Source: Yuukianura sp. NJ FZ-2021
Taxonomy: Eukaryota
Length of the DNA stretch: 64,000 nt
NCBI GenBank assembly: GCA_046563655.1
Contig: CM102289.1
Location: forward strand, 6,324,001-6,388,000
Reading direction: 5' to 3'
Positions 12,381 to 26,179 of the stretch are shown here, piece by piece. The first letter of the stretch is position 1, and each line of letters starts with the position of its first letter. The notes under the pieces were generated by a model that was not told the origin of the DNA, made no database searches, and was given only the letters and a program-made list of their open reading frames with translations. Both the position numbers and the translations under genes were made by a program.

Positions 12381-15300
12381 TGCTCAAATGAAAATGATTT
12401 GCCATAACTATAATTTTGACAAACTTATGCGATTTTTAAACCCTTCTGCGATTTTTAAATACTTAAAAAAAAGTACAATGTTTTAGCATTCCTGCTTTTT
12501 AAAGAAACGTTACAAAATGAAGTAAACCTATAAAGCTACTGTAATATTTTGACAATGGACGACTTACGGAAAGTTTAAAACAAAACTTCTCCCGTCGTGT
12601 CAACGAAAGTTCCTCAACTGTGTAATAAGCAATAATATTAGCAAATTACAATTATTAATGTTATAATAGTAATAATACCAAATTAGTGTATAATTTTAGA
12701 AACAAAATTTAAAAGGCTTTACAATTTTTAAATTAAAAAAAAAACTATTTTCATTTTTTTTCGAAATCCTTTTCTTCTCTTCAACGCTGATAAGTATCCT
12801 GAAGCAAAATTTTAAGTTCGGTTGTTTCACTTTTTTGGACTTAACTTTTTTTAGTGTTGTTTAAAATTTCAAAAAAAATTATTTAGAAACGCTGTAAATT
12901 TGTGCAATTACTAACAACTGTATGATAACTTTTAAAGTGATGTCACCAAAATGACTAAACTAACTTCTGAGCTCTTTGTCATATCATATGTCAACGAAGT
13001 GTCAAAGGTCACTGTGTAACAAACTCATCAATTTGAAACTTCAAAGTTCCTTAACATGTGCTGCGGCTAACAAAATGTTAAACATATTATATTATATTTG
13101 AAATAATTAATCAAAAATATAACACTATTAAATGTATCTTCGATGTTAACCTAAATGTATAATTTCTACATTCCTAAAATCACAAGATTTGTTCGAGTAA
13201 CTTAATTTGGAGAAAGGATTTATGTTATTCATAATAATTGTTATAGTTTCTAAACTTACATAAACATTGAAAGTGAAATAAAACTGTCACAAATTGAACA
13301 ATGATTTAGAGAAAATTAGAAAATTCGTAACCAGTGTAGTATAATAAAATAACGCAGTTTTCATGCGAAAGTTGCATAATTTTGAAAAATTCCAACGAAA
13401 ACTAGTTGTGAACCGCAAAAATGCGTTGCTGACCCTAAGGTTTTTTTTTTGGAATTTCTATACACTACTATATTATTAGAGTCATTGTTGGCCCGTGCTA
13501 GAAGTAAGCTCATGCAGAGTATTGAACCTAAGAAATGGAAACCTACATTTTTCAAAAATTTAAAAAAAAAAATAGAGAGGAACAACCCACAAAATACCTT
13601 TCCAGTTTTTGTGTAACCATTTGAAGTGTGAGGTGTATCATTTAAAATTACGAAAAGTTTTGCTCCACCTACCAGGTCATTTTGATTTCCCAAAAAGGTG
13701 AAAAGAAAGAATTTTTTCTTAAAAGCAAAAAGCAATTAGAAATAAGTTGTGGATCAAAAATAACTGCACGACGAATTGGAGCCTAAATTTCTGAAAATGT
13801 AGGTCAGCATGACAGGCGAACCAGATTTACTTCCAGATGGAAAATGGAACATGGCGAGACAGATGAAAATCTAAGAAGACTGACAGTTTCACAAAGTTTC
13901 AAAATTTTGAAAACTGATGTTTTGAGCTTACAGAGAAGAAAAGAGTTAGGAAGAAAAGAGGTTCAAACTTGAAAGAAGTTTTATTTTTAAAAATGAGAAA
14001 AAGTTTCAGAACAATGAAAATGTTGATGAGGTTTTCATTTTTAGTAAAAAAAAATCTTTTCGCTGATTCAACAATAGAATCCACTTAACTTTCTTCATCA
14101 TTGTTCACAAAATACCATTAAAAAATTACACAAAAAAGCGTTTTTTGAAATTTTGGCTCAAAATTTTTTCTATCGTCGACTTTTTTTTAAGTGTTGAAAG
14201 ACCTTTTTTCAACTAAAATGCAGAATTGATGACTATATTATGTCTCGTCATGGATGAACAAATTTGGAAAAAATGCGGAAAAGAGTTCAGGTTTTTTTAG
14301 TAAATGAAAACACTGAAGCAAAAACATCTAAAAAAGTACAATTTCGGTACAATTCAAATGGAAATGTACTTTTCGCAGTTAGTAAAAAAGTTACCCAAAA
14401 AGGTACTCGGGGGAACACGGGAGAAGTTCTTTTGAAAATGAAAATGTTGATGGAACAGTGGGAAAAGTGCAACTTATTTTTTTTTAAAGAAAAGTACAAA
14501 AGTAAGGATTTAAAAAAAGAATCTCACCAATAAATTCAAATGGAACAGAAATCCAGTTTGAGACATGCATCTCCCTTTCCCTACTTTTATAGAAAGTGAC
14601 TCAAATTGGTAAAAATGTGTGTGCAAGGATTTAAGATTGGATTATAGCAGCTCCACTGGAAGAGATTTATACCCCCAAATCTACCAATTCCAAAATACCG
14701 TAAGTGTTCTATATTCTGGCCGCTAAAAGTTATAGCCTTTGGATCTTATATCAAAAAATTTCTATACTTTTCCCAGTTTCCTCCAAAATGCCTATGCTTG
14801 GGGCTGAATAAATTCAATCCACTTAATAGAACCTTTACGGTACTGATTGTAATCTTGTGCTAGGACTGGAGCCATGTGCTTTTTTGAACAATGGAACTAG
14901 GGCGTCAAAAGTCTTGAACAAAAATCAATCCATTATTTCCGTGCTGGGAGTGAGTAAACAATGGAAATTCGGAAATAAATCTCCCCATTGTCACACTTTT
15001 AAAAGTTCCCGCTTCTCCAATCTCCATGCTTGTCAATGCATTTTCGTTTCGATTCTGTCACTTTTTCACCCAAAATTCAAAATCCGAATTTTCACAAAAG
15101 CAAATTGTTCACAGAAATCATTAAGCAAATCACTTTCATACTATTCAATTTATCAATTCACGCAGTTTTCACACCTCGGGTTCATTCAAATTTTGAAAAT
15201 TTTAAAATTTTGAATCTTGGTAGCTACAGACAGCAGCAATTTAAAACGTCTAAATAAAAGTACCCACCGAAGACGAACACAAAACATCTAACGAAAGTTA

Positions 15301-18300
15301 GAAACGTAGTTAAGTTAGTGTAAAATTTTAAAAACTATTGGAGTAAAATTTCGCCAGCATAACTTGCAAAGCAATTTTCCCCTAAAACTTTTTAAAAATG
15401 ACTTTCACAATTTTAATTTTAGATTAAACCAAGCGCAAGCTCTGCTTCCGGACCGAATTTTGGGTGTTCCTTTGTCCTCGAGGAAATTCGAACATGGAAA
15501 GGTGACCTACAAAATAACGATGGCTCGGAATTGAAATGGGAGATGGTTAGGTGTATTGTGGTAGTTGGATTTCTAAAAGTCACTTTGATTTATTGTCCCC
15601 TTTGAATGTTCGTTTGAACAATATTCTAACCAAGTCCATTTTTCAAAAAAAGTTCATTTTGAATTGGGAGTCTAATGAAATAATTCCACCACCCAACAGA
15701 TACTGTTTCTTATTTATTAGGAATTTATACAAAATTGTATTTGATACTTTTGGAAAAATACTTTTTGTTCACAAGCCGTTCCCAAAGTCCAGCTCTCTTC
15801 GTTGTTCAAAATGGAAAGGGCTCCCTATTTGAACAACATTTGAACAATAGGAGAAACAGTTACAAACAGAGCAATTTACATTTACAATCCTCCGTTGAGA
15901 AGCCGTTTGCTGAACCTTGGAGTCATTCATCCGTGTCAAGTCGGCTTCCAAAGTTCTATTCAACTTCTGCTCCCTACATCATCCGACGATGGTAGCCGAA
16001 GAGAATGAGTCAATGAACCGTAGCCAGATTTTTTTTTTGAAAAAGCCCGGGAAAACCCGGACATGACATAAATATTACCCGATTTCTCGGATCTGGAGTT
16101 GCACTGGTGGATTCAAACGAATTCTTGTGTGTACTGAATAAACGAAGGGATTATTGTAAGGGTAAGGGAACCTTCCAGGAAGAACAATTTCATTCCGATT
16201 CATTGAGTTACAACTTGTAATCAAAATTATCCAAGTTTTTTATTTAAATTTGGTACAAGAGGTTTCTGTTTAAGCCTTTCTGAATAGAACAAAACAAAAA
16301 AGTTTTAGAAAATCTTCAAAATTGCAAAAACATTACCACAACAAAATGTCGCAGCGGGATGCCAAAGATCTAAAATTCAGTTTTGAAAACATTCCTACAA
16401 GCTTTTTTGCGTTACATAAATTAACAATTTTCAAAATTGAAATTTCGAATTCAGTGTTTTTTTTTAAACGTAGTATTCAAAAAATAATGGTTACTTTTAT
16501 GAATTGGTCTGGCGTCCTGTGCTAATTGAACTTGAAACTGACCTAACAAATAGGAAACTGGAGAGAGCCAACTGGATTCATGGCGAGAAGGACTAAAGGG
16601 CCCCCATAGTTTTCCGTATGATAATGTTTATGGCTTCAAACTTCAAAGGGCCCTTTGGCACTAAATTCAAAAAGGGCCCTTTTACTATACTACTCTCTCC
16701 AATATCCAAGGCACCACCGGCAAACTTCAATAACAGACGCCTTCTCCCTCTGCTCTCTGCATGAACGGAATTACACGGTAATTCTGACTTGTAAAATAAG
16801 GAAAACGAAACTGGAAGGAATTTTTTTTGAAAGTGTGAAGCGAGAGCCAGGAGCCCTTTGAAATTCGGATCTTTCCAAAAAGAAAAGATGCGGATGAAAG
16901 GGAGATTTTTTTTCCTTTGTAAACAAAAGTTCTTCGTCTGCATCATCACAGTGGAGAGAATCCAAGCCAAGGTTGGACTTTCCTGATGGACATCGAAATT
17001 CTGGAAGGAAAATCTGGTGGTTTAAGTGATGCAGAAGTAATACGATTTGAGTTCAAATTTGAGCGCCCTGGCGGTTGGTTCGTCCATTTGCATTGATTTG
17101 GGGCTACTTGAGACGTTCCGTTTGTATTAAATTATCTAACGAGAACCAAAACTCAATTTGGTTTCAAACGTATGCCAGTTTCTTCTTCTTCGTTGAAGAA
17201 AAAAAGAAAGAAGAAAATTCTTCTTTAGAAGAATACAAATGACGCACACGAAGTCCGAATTTCAAAAAATTGGGACATGACATTGAAATGTTCAAAAAAT
17301 TTGAAAACGAGAAGCCCGAATCTAGTTTAACGAACCTTAATGTAGCTGAACCTTAGTAGGTGCAAATCTTACGTATAACAATTTGTTCCTTGCGCTAAGG
17401 TTAAGGACAGAATGCTAATTTTATGAATAAGGTTTAAGGTTTGATGAAAGCTCAAACCCTCGAAAAATGTCCAATGACTGTCACTTTTTTGTCAATGTAT
17501 GTCGTGACGTTTAGATTTTCAAATTTGAAAATAGAAGTTTTTGAAAATGGGATTTTGTTATTCATCAGTTGACGTAATGTTTTTGTTGTTGATTTCAAAT
17601 GTAAAGGTAGGCAGCTAAGACTTGAATTTTGATGATTTGAAAAAACCCGCTTTTCATTTCCAGGTTCCCTCCACTCACATGGCTGACTTAATTACTCCTG
17701 CGTTTCAAAGGCTTGAAAATGCTTGCTCATGCGCAAACAAGTTTTTGAAAGAGTTGCAAGACACGCATGCATTTTCAAAAATGAAAGAGTAAGAGGATAG
17801 GGTTGTTTTTCCATCCAACGCTTTCAAAATCTCAACATCTTTGGAATTAAACAAGGTCAAGATTTTTGTACGGCTAGGATAGGGGTAGATCAGCTCACCT
17901 TTTTCAAAAATCTGTTTTTCAAAAAAATGTTTTCAATTAGGTTCAGTGACTTCACAATTCTAAAGTTTTTTGAAAACTTTTCACCTTGACAGTTTAAAAA
18001 AATTATTCGTGCAAGAGAAGAATAAATGCCTTCACTCCTTCCTTTAAACTTGAAAAAAAAACTTGAGTTCAAAAAACTTTTTTGAAAATGTCCACTCACG
18101 TAGAAAGTTCAATCGGAAGTTCTGCATTCCGATTGTGAGAAAAAGTCAAGGGCAAGGGGTGACATAAGGAACAAAAACGATGTTTGATCTGCTCTACTTT
18201 AAAATTCTGATTTGCTGTTCATTTTCTTTTATGAAAAGGTAACTTAAAAGTTTTTTCAAAATTTTGTTCTAATGAATCTTTTTCTAGAAAAGCTTTTGAG

Positions 18301-21300
18301 TTCGTGTCAGTGTCAGAAGAAGCGTCGCTCTGTCAAGATTTTGAGAAGCGTGTCTGACTTGGAAGGGAACCCGTCACCACCATTTCGTTGGCCAGACAAT
18401 GGAGGGAACCCTTATACCTTCAGCAGGAGATTTCAAAAAATATTTGTTTATCGTCAAGGCGTCGAGACTTTGGCCCTTCAAGGGCTCCTAGCCTCCCCAA
18501 GGGCCACTTTGACATAAACACCTTCCCCAAATCACTTTTTTCTGACCTAATTACGTAACAAAACAACAACAAAAAACTCAAAAGTCAAAATTGAAGAAGG
18601 AAACTTTTTCGAAATTGCTGCGCTAAAACCGAAACGTCGTAAAAAATTTGTTGTTGATTTAAAAATGAACATTGTGTTTTTTGTCAAAAAATTCAAATAT
18701 TGCTAAACAGTTTCTGAAAATTCGTATTATTGTGTGTGAAGCGTTTGGAAAAATTCCAACAGAAAGTAGAACGTAGAGTTAGTAGCAGATTTTGTGGTGT
18801 AAGAATACTTTGTGACATTGAAATATGCAAACACAGCAGCAGCATTGTTACAACCTACGACGACTTTTGGTAACACGGGTCCCTTGACCTTTTTGATGCG
18901 CGTGGCTCGTGCGTAAGTCATAGGGTCGCTTCCCGGTTAGGTTAAGTTAGGTAGCTAGCCCAAAAAATAAGGGTCCTTCCGGGTTGGCGATCAAATGTCT
19001 TGAATTAGGGACTTTGTGGCAAGTGTAGGGTCACAGGGTCTCAAGGAACTGCGTGAGGAAGATGCGGGGCCCTTGACTCACTCCTTCTGGATACACCAAA
19101 GGTAGTAACCGGGTACCTTCAATAATAGATTCAACGGATCAAGGTACGTGGTGGGCCCTTTGCCTTCTTGGAGGCAACTGCATCTTACACAATTTAAAGG
19201 CAGAAGCAAGTGGTTTTGGTCTTTTGGGAACAAAAGTGTTTTACTAAAGTTGTAATAACCCTGCGGTGGTAATTCTTTAAGGGCTTAACCCTTCTAGGGT
19301 CTAAGGGTCCAGGGAACTTTGACATTTTGCTGAACCCTGACAGTGGGTTCTCCTCAATCAATTTTTAAACGTTATTTCATAAAAAAAGTACAAGTTTTTA
19401 GTACGTTCGTACCCGTAGTAGTTCCAATTCAAAAAAAAAAGTTCAGTGGAAGGCAGAATTTTGCAAAGGCTTTAGTCGCAGGATAAGTTTACTTTACCAG
19501 GCGCAGTTTGAGTAGATACCAAAAAGTTTCTTTGAAATTTGTTTTTTAGAATTTGCATTTTCTGTTTCAAGCTTTTTCAAAACTTGTTCTAGAACATATG
19601 AAGACCAACGCTCGGAATGGTAAGGCTGATTCAAGTGCGCAGGCGTGAGACTTAGCATAAGCTATGCGTGGGAACTTTCAAAAATGGGTCAACATAGCCC
19701 TCTTGAGGCTTCCTGTCTTTTGAAAACTGAGCGGCTGGTTTGGTTGAGCAAAGATGCAGCATCCCCTTTCTTCTTTTGTTCTTTGAGATGAACATTTTCA
19801 AAAAAAAAGAGTTTCGAAAGGGTTGAAGTTGATCTGAAGCACAACACAGTGTAAACTGATCTTCAAAATTTTGAAGAAATGGAGCTGCAAGTTTCCGATG
19901 CTTCAAGAACTCTTTCATTCGTCTTCGTCTTCTTCCTCAGTAAGCAGCAATTTATTAAGTGCTTGTCTCTTCTACAGCATCACTTTTATCATTAATGGAT
20001 CTCTTTTAGACCTGACCTGAGAAAACAGATTTAAAACGAAAGCAAATGTTTGGTGACCTCGAACTTAATAGTGTTTTTAGAAAAAAAAAACTTAAGGGCC
20101 CTCTTTGTTTTCTCTGGAAAATGTGTTTAAGTACCCTTCGAAAGTGTCTCCTTCCAGAAAGCAGCTTTAGAACTAGCAAGAAAATAATAAAAACGTTTTT
20201 GAACAACGCGGTTCAATTTTTATGAGGCTTGAAGGCCTTGAAGAGACACTTTGCAAAGCTGGACACAAAATAGAACCAAATGACCAAATTTCGCAATCAG
20301 TCACAAACCATTAAAATTTTAAAAGGCTCTTTTTGGTATTTCGAAAATTTTGAAAATCGAGAAGGCGGAGCCTTGTCGTTTAAGACCACTGTACTTTGCT
20401 TAAGTTTCAGAAAACATAAAATTTGTCTTTTTTCAAAATTTTGAAATACTTACCATAAAAAATTTATGTCACATTTTATGTTTAATTTTAAGGATGTTGA
20501 AGTTTAAAATAGAAACACGATTTTGCTTTTCTGCTCTTCTTTTTTGTGGTCTTCTTTCGCTTCCAATTTGTCTTACAATTTGATTACGATCTTTGAAAAT
20601 GAAATTCTAAAATACACACAAGGTTTTTAGAATTGTAAATTTTCCAATTCGGAAAGGCTTTAGATGAGAGTATTTTGAAATGATGAGAGCTGTTGATAGG
20701 TGAAATAAATCCGAAGTAGTTTTAGAGTTTTAGAATAAATTGCTTCTGGTTCCTTGATAGTAATCTTGTGAGGGAACGAAAACGGCAGTGGCGGGAGTAA
20801 CTATTTCTCGCTACCTTTTCTGATACTTTGGGATGATCTGAAAGTGGTTCCTAAGAGCTGAATAATAGTTAATAGCAGGATTCATATCTTTAGATGATAG
20901 GAAGGGGAAGAGATGAGATTTTAAAGTTTTTAAGCCCGCTCAAAATTTAAAAAAAAGTAGCGATGGGGTTGTTTGATAGGAGAATCGTAATGACAGGAAC
21001 CAAAATAAGGAACCCAAATTTGTCTAAGAACGCTCCGTATCAAACCACTTATTTGTTTCCAATCTGTTATTTTGAAAACCCATTTCATTAGCTTTTAGAC
21101 AAAAAGTCTTTTTTTCTAATTTGATTTTTTTTTTTAAAATGATGATGTTTTGTTATCCGCTCACTTTTGAACATCAAGGCAAACGTTTTCAAGCTTCAGG
21201 CGAACCAATTTATTGTTATGACCTACAATTCTGAAGCAATAAAAATTTTGATCCTCCTCAAAATTAAAGCTGGACGCGAAATTAAGGTAATAACAAGCTT

Positions 21301-24300
21301 TTTTCGAAATTGAGAAAATTTTGAAAACGTTGGTTTCAAAAATCGTTAGTCAAAGATTCCTTAGCTCCAGGGAATGTGTCTGAGATTTCAGCAGCGGGAA
21401 TTTTGAATTTCGAAATTCGAAATTTACATAAGTTGAATGCTAATGTTCTGGAAGGACTAACTATGAAGCGGAAGTGGGCTGAAGTGGGTGTGTTGATGGT
21501 GGGAGGGACTGGAACTGGCAGCATTTCTGTTAGCGGTCTCACGATTTTGAATTTTTTGAAATTAGGCGGGGAAGTGGTGCACAGTGGGGGATTGCTGCTA
21601 AATTCTTTTGACTCCAAAACATTAACCAAAGTCTCCAACTGCCCGACTGCTGTGTCGCCAGAGCTAGAAGTCCAAGGGAACCACAGCAGGAGCCAGGGAG
21701 AGCCCTTCAGAAAACAATATTCTCAACGGAACTGCGTCAAGGCTTCATGGGAAGGAAGTTTAAGGGTACGCCAAGAGCCTCTAGCCAGGCATAAGCTCTG
21801 TTCAAACAGTCTTTGGTTAAGGCTGGTTGGAAGTTTTGAAAACTCAAACTTGGCGAGAGATTTTGAAGATCATGTTCTGCCTCAACGTTGAGCGGAACAA
21901 GAACTTACTCACTTAAATTACCAGGGTTCCAGTGCCTACACCCGCTAAACCCGCGGGCTTTACAAAATTTTGTGAAAGTTTCATGTTCATCATTTTGGAA
22001 ACTGTAACTAACTGAAATTGCTTACGAAACTGAGTAAACTTACGAAAATTTTATTTCAGAAAATAATGAATGCAAAATTCCTGCCGAAGAATTTCCCACA
22101 CAATCTTGAAATATTTCAATTCGATATAAATGTTGCCTATAAAAGGTAAGTTTATGCAATTCAAATTAAAAGTAAATTTTGGTTTCTTAAGTCGCTAACC
22201 GCGTGAAACCCTGGGCGGGAAATTTATGCTTGAAACTCTGAGCGGAAAATTTGAACTTCTGCAGAACGTTGAAGGTGTTGAGGTTCTTAAAATCAGCTTA
22301 TGTTATGTAATGTTGGTCCAGGCAATAGCGGGAAGCTGGAAGAGTCTTATGCAAAGCGTTAAGCCGTTTAAGGCAAAGGCGGGTAAGTAGGAAGCCTATA
22401 ATTTCCCATTAGGAAATGCATGTCCACCATGTATTGAATCAAGGCCAAGGGAACCATTAATTTTGAAACGTCCCTCTACCCTGGGCCCTTCTGAATAGAA
22501 ATCTTCGTGGCCCTTAATTATCATCCTAGTCATCTATTCTACCAACGTCCAAAATCCATTCCAAAAGCCCCTACGCACACGGAATTACATTAAAACCAAA
22601 ACACTTTATTCAACACAGGGGGAACATTTCCTAATTCTTCTCCTGTGCATAGCCTAACAATTCACCTGGAATCTCAAATTAGACAATAGAATTCCTCTGC
22701 ACCAACATCGTACAAAAACTTTCCATTTGTTAAAAAAAAAGTTGATTTTATGGGAAAATTTTTAATTAAAAACTCGATTTTAATAAAACTTGGACAACTG
22801 ATGCTTAAAATTCAGAAAGCGTAAGTGACCTGTTGACCTCTAGAATTCGAACCAAACTAGACTTGCGAATCCAGTTTTCGCAAATTGTTGAAAATTTTAA
22901 AATTACTGTAAATTGCATGGTGAGAATCTGGATTTCAAAAAAGTTTGACAAGTGGAATGATTTGTGAGGACAACTTTTTTTTTTAAATTTCAGATGTAAA
23001 ACATCATATTTCAATTTTTTCCAAATTCTTTGTTGACCTGTCACTTTAATTGTTAGAAATCAAAGTCTGGACGTAAAAAAAAGAAAGGCGGAGGTTGGGT
23101 TTGAAGCCGGAGCTGAACATGAATTGAAGTCTCTCTGCGGCGAGTCTTAGACAGTTCCAATTGGAATTCCTGTTGAGTTTCAAGGGACCACGCCCCTTTT
23201 GAGACAAAGGAAATCCATCCATTGTTGAGTCACTGGAATCCGAAGCTTTGTTTCTTAAAACCTACTTCTAGACTTCACTAAATCACGGAATGAATGATGA
23301 CTTCTGCCAGCATATAATCACCATCATTACAGTCACTGCAGTCTTCGCATTCTTTAGACATGTGGTAACCACCTGGTAATGGTTACATGGTTACCAGAGA
23401 CAATGGTTACCTTGATTTCATTACACCCTATGTACAAATCCAATTAAAAACTAACCTAACCTTAGTTTTATAAGGAGAATAAGAAAATCTTAAAGACAAA
23501 GCATTTCGAAGTCATATTTTTTTGGACTTATTTCAATTTGAATTAGAGCTAAATTGATTTTAGCTCTTTTCTTACAGCAACGTTTGGAATGTCAAAATTT
23601 AGAAAATCCTATGCTTTCTGTTCACGTTTGTACCCGAAACAATTTTTTAAACTCTTTGAAGCTGAAATAACTCCAAAATTCAAAATTTCGAAAGTTTGGT
23701 TTGCAAAGTTAAGTGCTTATCGGCTTGGCCGTGTCATGTTTTGTTTGATTTTAAGACATGCCTTTGATTTTTGGGATTTTGAAACACTTGAAATGTTCCA
23801 TGAGACGCTCAAAGGTCACGCCTGGATTTTGAAAAGAATTGTCTGAGTCAAAAGTCTCTGTAGAATTTTATGACATTTTGACACGACTTTGTTATATGGA
23901 TGACGAAAACGTGTTTTCTTTTTCAAAAGTTTTATTAGTACTGGGTACCTTTGCAGACTTTTTGAAAAATAAATTTAAGTGTTTTTATGACAATTTCATG
24001 CGTACTGAATTCCTTTTCCATTTCCTTGTTTAATTTCCGTCAAATTGACTTTGTTTATTTTTATTACGTTGTTTACACTTCCGTTCCGAAGGGTCTACAA
24101 ATTCAAAATTTTGAACCGATTCGACGTCCTCAATTTTTTTTTGAAGGGACGTGTGAGACTTGGAAGAACCAAGTGATCTCACAAGTATCATCGTCAAGAG
24201 CCCTTATGTTGAAGGGCCCCCTAATTTTCTTCCCAAGGTTCATCTCCATACAACATGCAAAATACATAGCCTATCCTATGTAAAATAGAAAGTGATGGGA

Positions 24301-26179
24301 ACTGGAGCTGCGCTTCCTCCCATCAACAAGTGTGTTTTTAAAGCGTAGGAACCCAACTTCACCTGTAAAATTTAAATTCAAATATTGAAGGGCACCGGGC
24401 CCTTTATTCAAATTCAAAATTTAAATACTCCCGGCTAAAGATGTGCTTCTAAGGGCCCTGGGGGATGAAATTGAAAATTGAGAATTGAATAATGAATGAG
24501 GGCAGCAGGGTAAAAAAGTGAAAGGGGTTGAAGTTTTTTCAAAAGACTTTTTTGAGCGTCCCGCAAAAGGAAAATAGGCTTTCAAAAAATTTCTTAACCA
24601 CTGTTACTATGAGCAAGTGCGTGTTGTGTTCAAAATTTGAAATGGGCATGCGCACAATACCTGAAGAACGAAGGACACGCCTTTATACGTCCAACGGCTC
24701 TTAAATTAAATTTTGAATTAAAAAATAATATGTACACTGTGACGAATTTAAAATTTAAAAAACGCCTGCTTGTCAATATTCTTGAAAGGAAGCCAACCGA
24801 TGTTTCGCCTGCAGAATTGAAAAATCATAATAATTGAAATAACATTTTCACGGGAGAGGTTTTTGAATTGTGTTTTTTTTAAAGAATTTTTTTCTTCAAG
24901 GTAAGAGATACGATGAAAATGAAAAGGAAAGTCTCCCCTCCTTTCATTTCTGATTTGAAATGCTTCTGCATCTTCTTTTCATCTTTGCATCTTCCTCATC
25001 AGATTCAGATTCATGCAGATGAAAAGACTTTTACATTTGAATGGGAGCAGATGGAATATGTAAGGAAATTCTATTGATCTTCTTCTAATTCAAAATTTTC
25101 TAAACATGAATTAGAAATTTGGTATTTAGAAAATGGAAATGTAACAAAGTTCTTGTGTCAGAATTTATTTGCATCAAATGTAAACTGGCAGATGAACTCG
25201 AACAGAAGTGGATATGTTCGTGAAACTGTTTTTGAAAAATTGTTGGCCGTTGATTTCAATACAAGATTTTGCTACATATTTTTGTTTATTTATAAATTAA
25301 AGGTATTGACTAAATTAAAGTGAAAGAAAAATTGCGCGATGGAAATGGTTTTTCGTTTTTGAATTTCTTAGGTTTGATTTTTTGTAAATACAAACAGCTC
25401 GTGTATCAAAGACATGACTAATACGGTTAAGGTGAAAAGAGATTTAATTGCGGTTATGATTTTTTCATTAATTTTAATCCATATTAAACCACAACTGACA
25501 TTAAGTAGTAAACTCTAACTTATGTAATTATAAAGAAACGGGGAAAACCCTACTCCAGTTTTATTACAGACAAAGATCTCTGTCTACTGCTGTTCTAACA
25601 GTCGTGAGCAAAATTTTTCAGCAGTTTTTGTGCCAAATGTGTCAAAATTGAGGGCGTTCAAAATTTACCCATAAGGTTTTCGGTTTGGAATTTTTAAAAA
25701 TAGTTTTTGAATGACGCGTGTGTTCCATTTAGCAAGCACATTCCACAACCTGAAAAATCCACTTCTGATTTTATTGAAAACTGAGAAAAAAGTGTCTGAG
25801 AGTTTCTGTGTGAACGCAATCGACCTTTATTAACCTTCTCTTATAACAGTCAATTCTGTATAACTTGCATAATTCTAGAAAGTTAATTTTAGTCATCATT
25901 CGAGTGAATTGTTTATTGTCTTCTATGTGCGTCCTCATTAATCAAAAAATACAATTTGTCTCTTATGGAATTGCAAAACGACAGAATTACTCTGAGAATT
26001 AAGAGTAAGCAAACTTTTAAGCTTGATCTATGCAAACCATTTCAATGAACTGGAATCACATCTGTAAAATTCCGACGATTAGAGGCATTGTTCCAATCAG
26101 TACAATTTTATATAAGTCAGTGAGCGACAGAAGTGTTGGTGTCTTTTGTTTTGGTGACTGAAAAAATTCAAAGCTGAAA

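Noticed and set aside
12400..26100. Numerous 60-170 aa ORFs (e.g. 21376-21891, 16593-16970, 13361-13735)
   Set aside because: Most are F/K/L-rich translations of AT-rich DNA, with no domains and no consistent splice chain.
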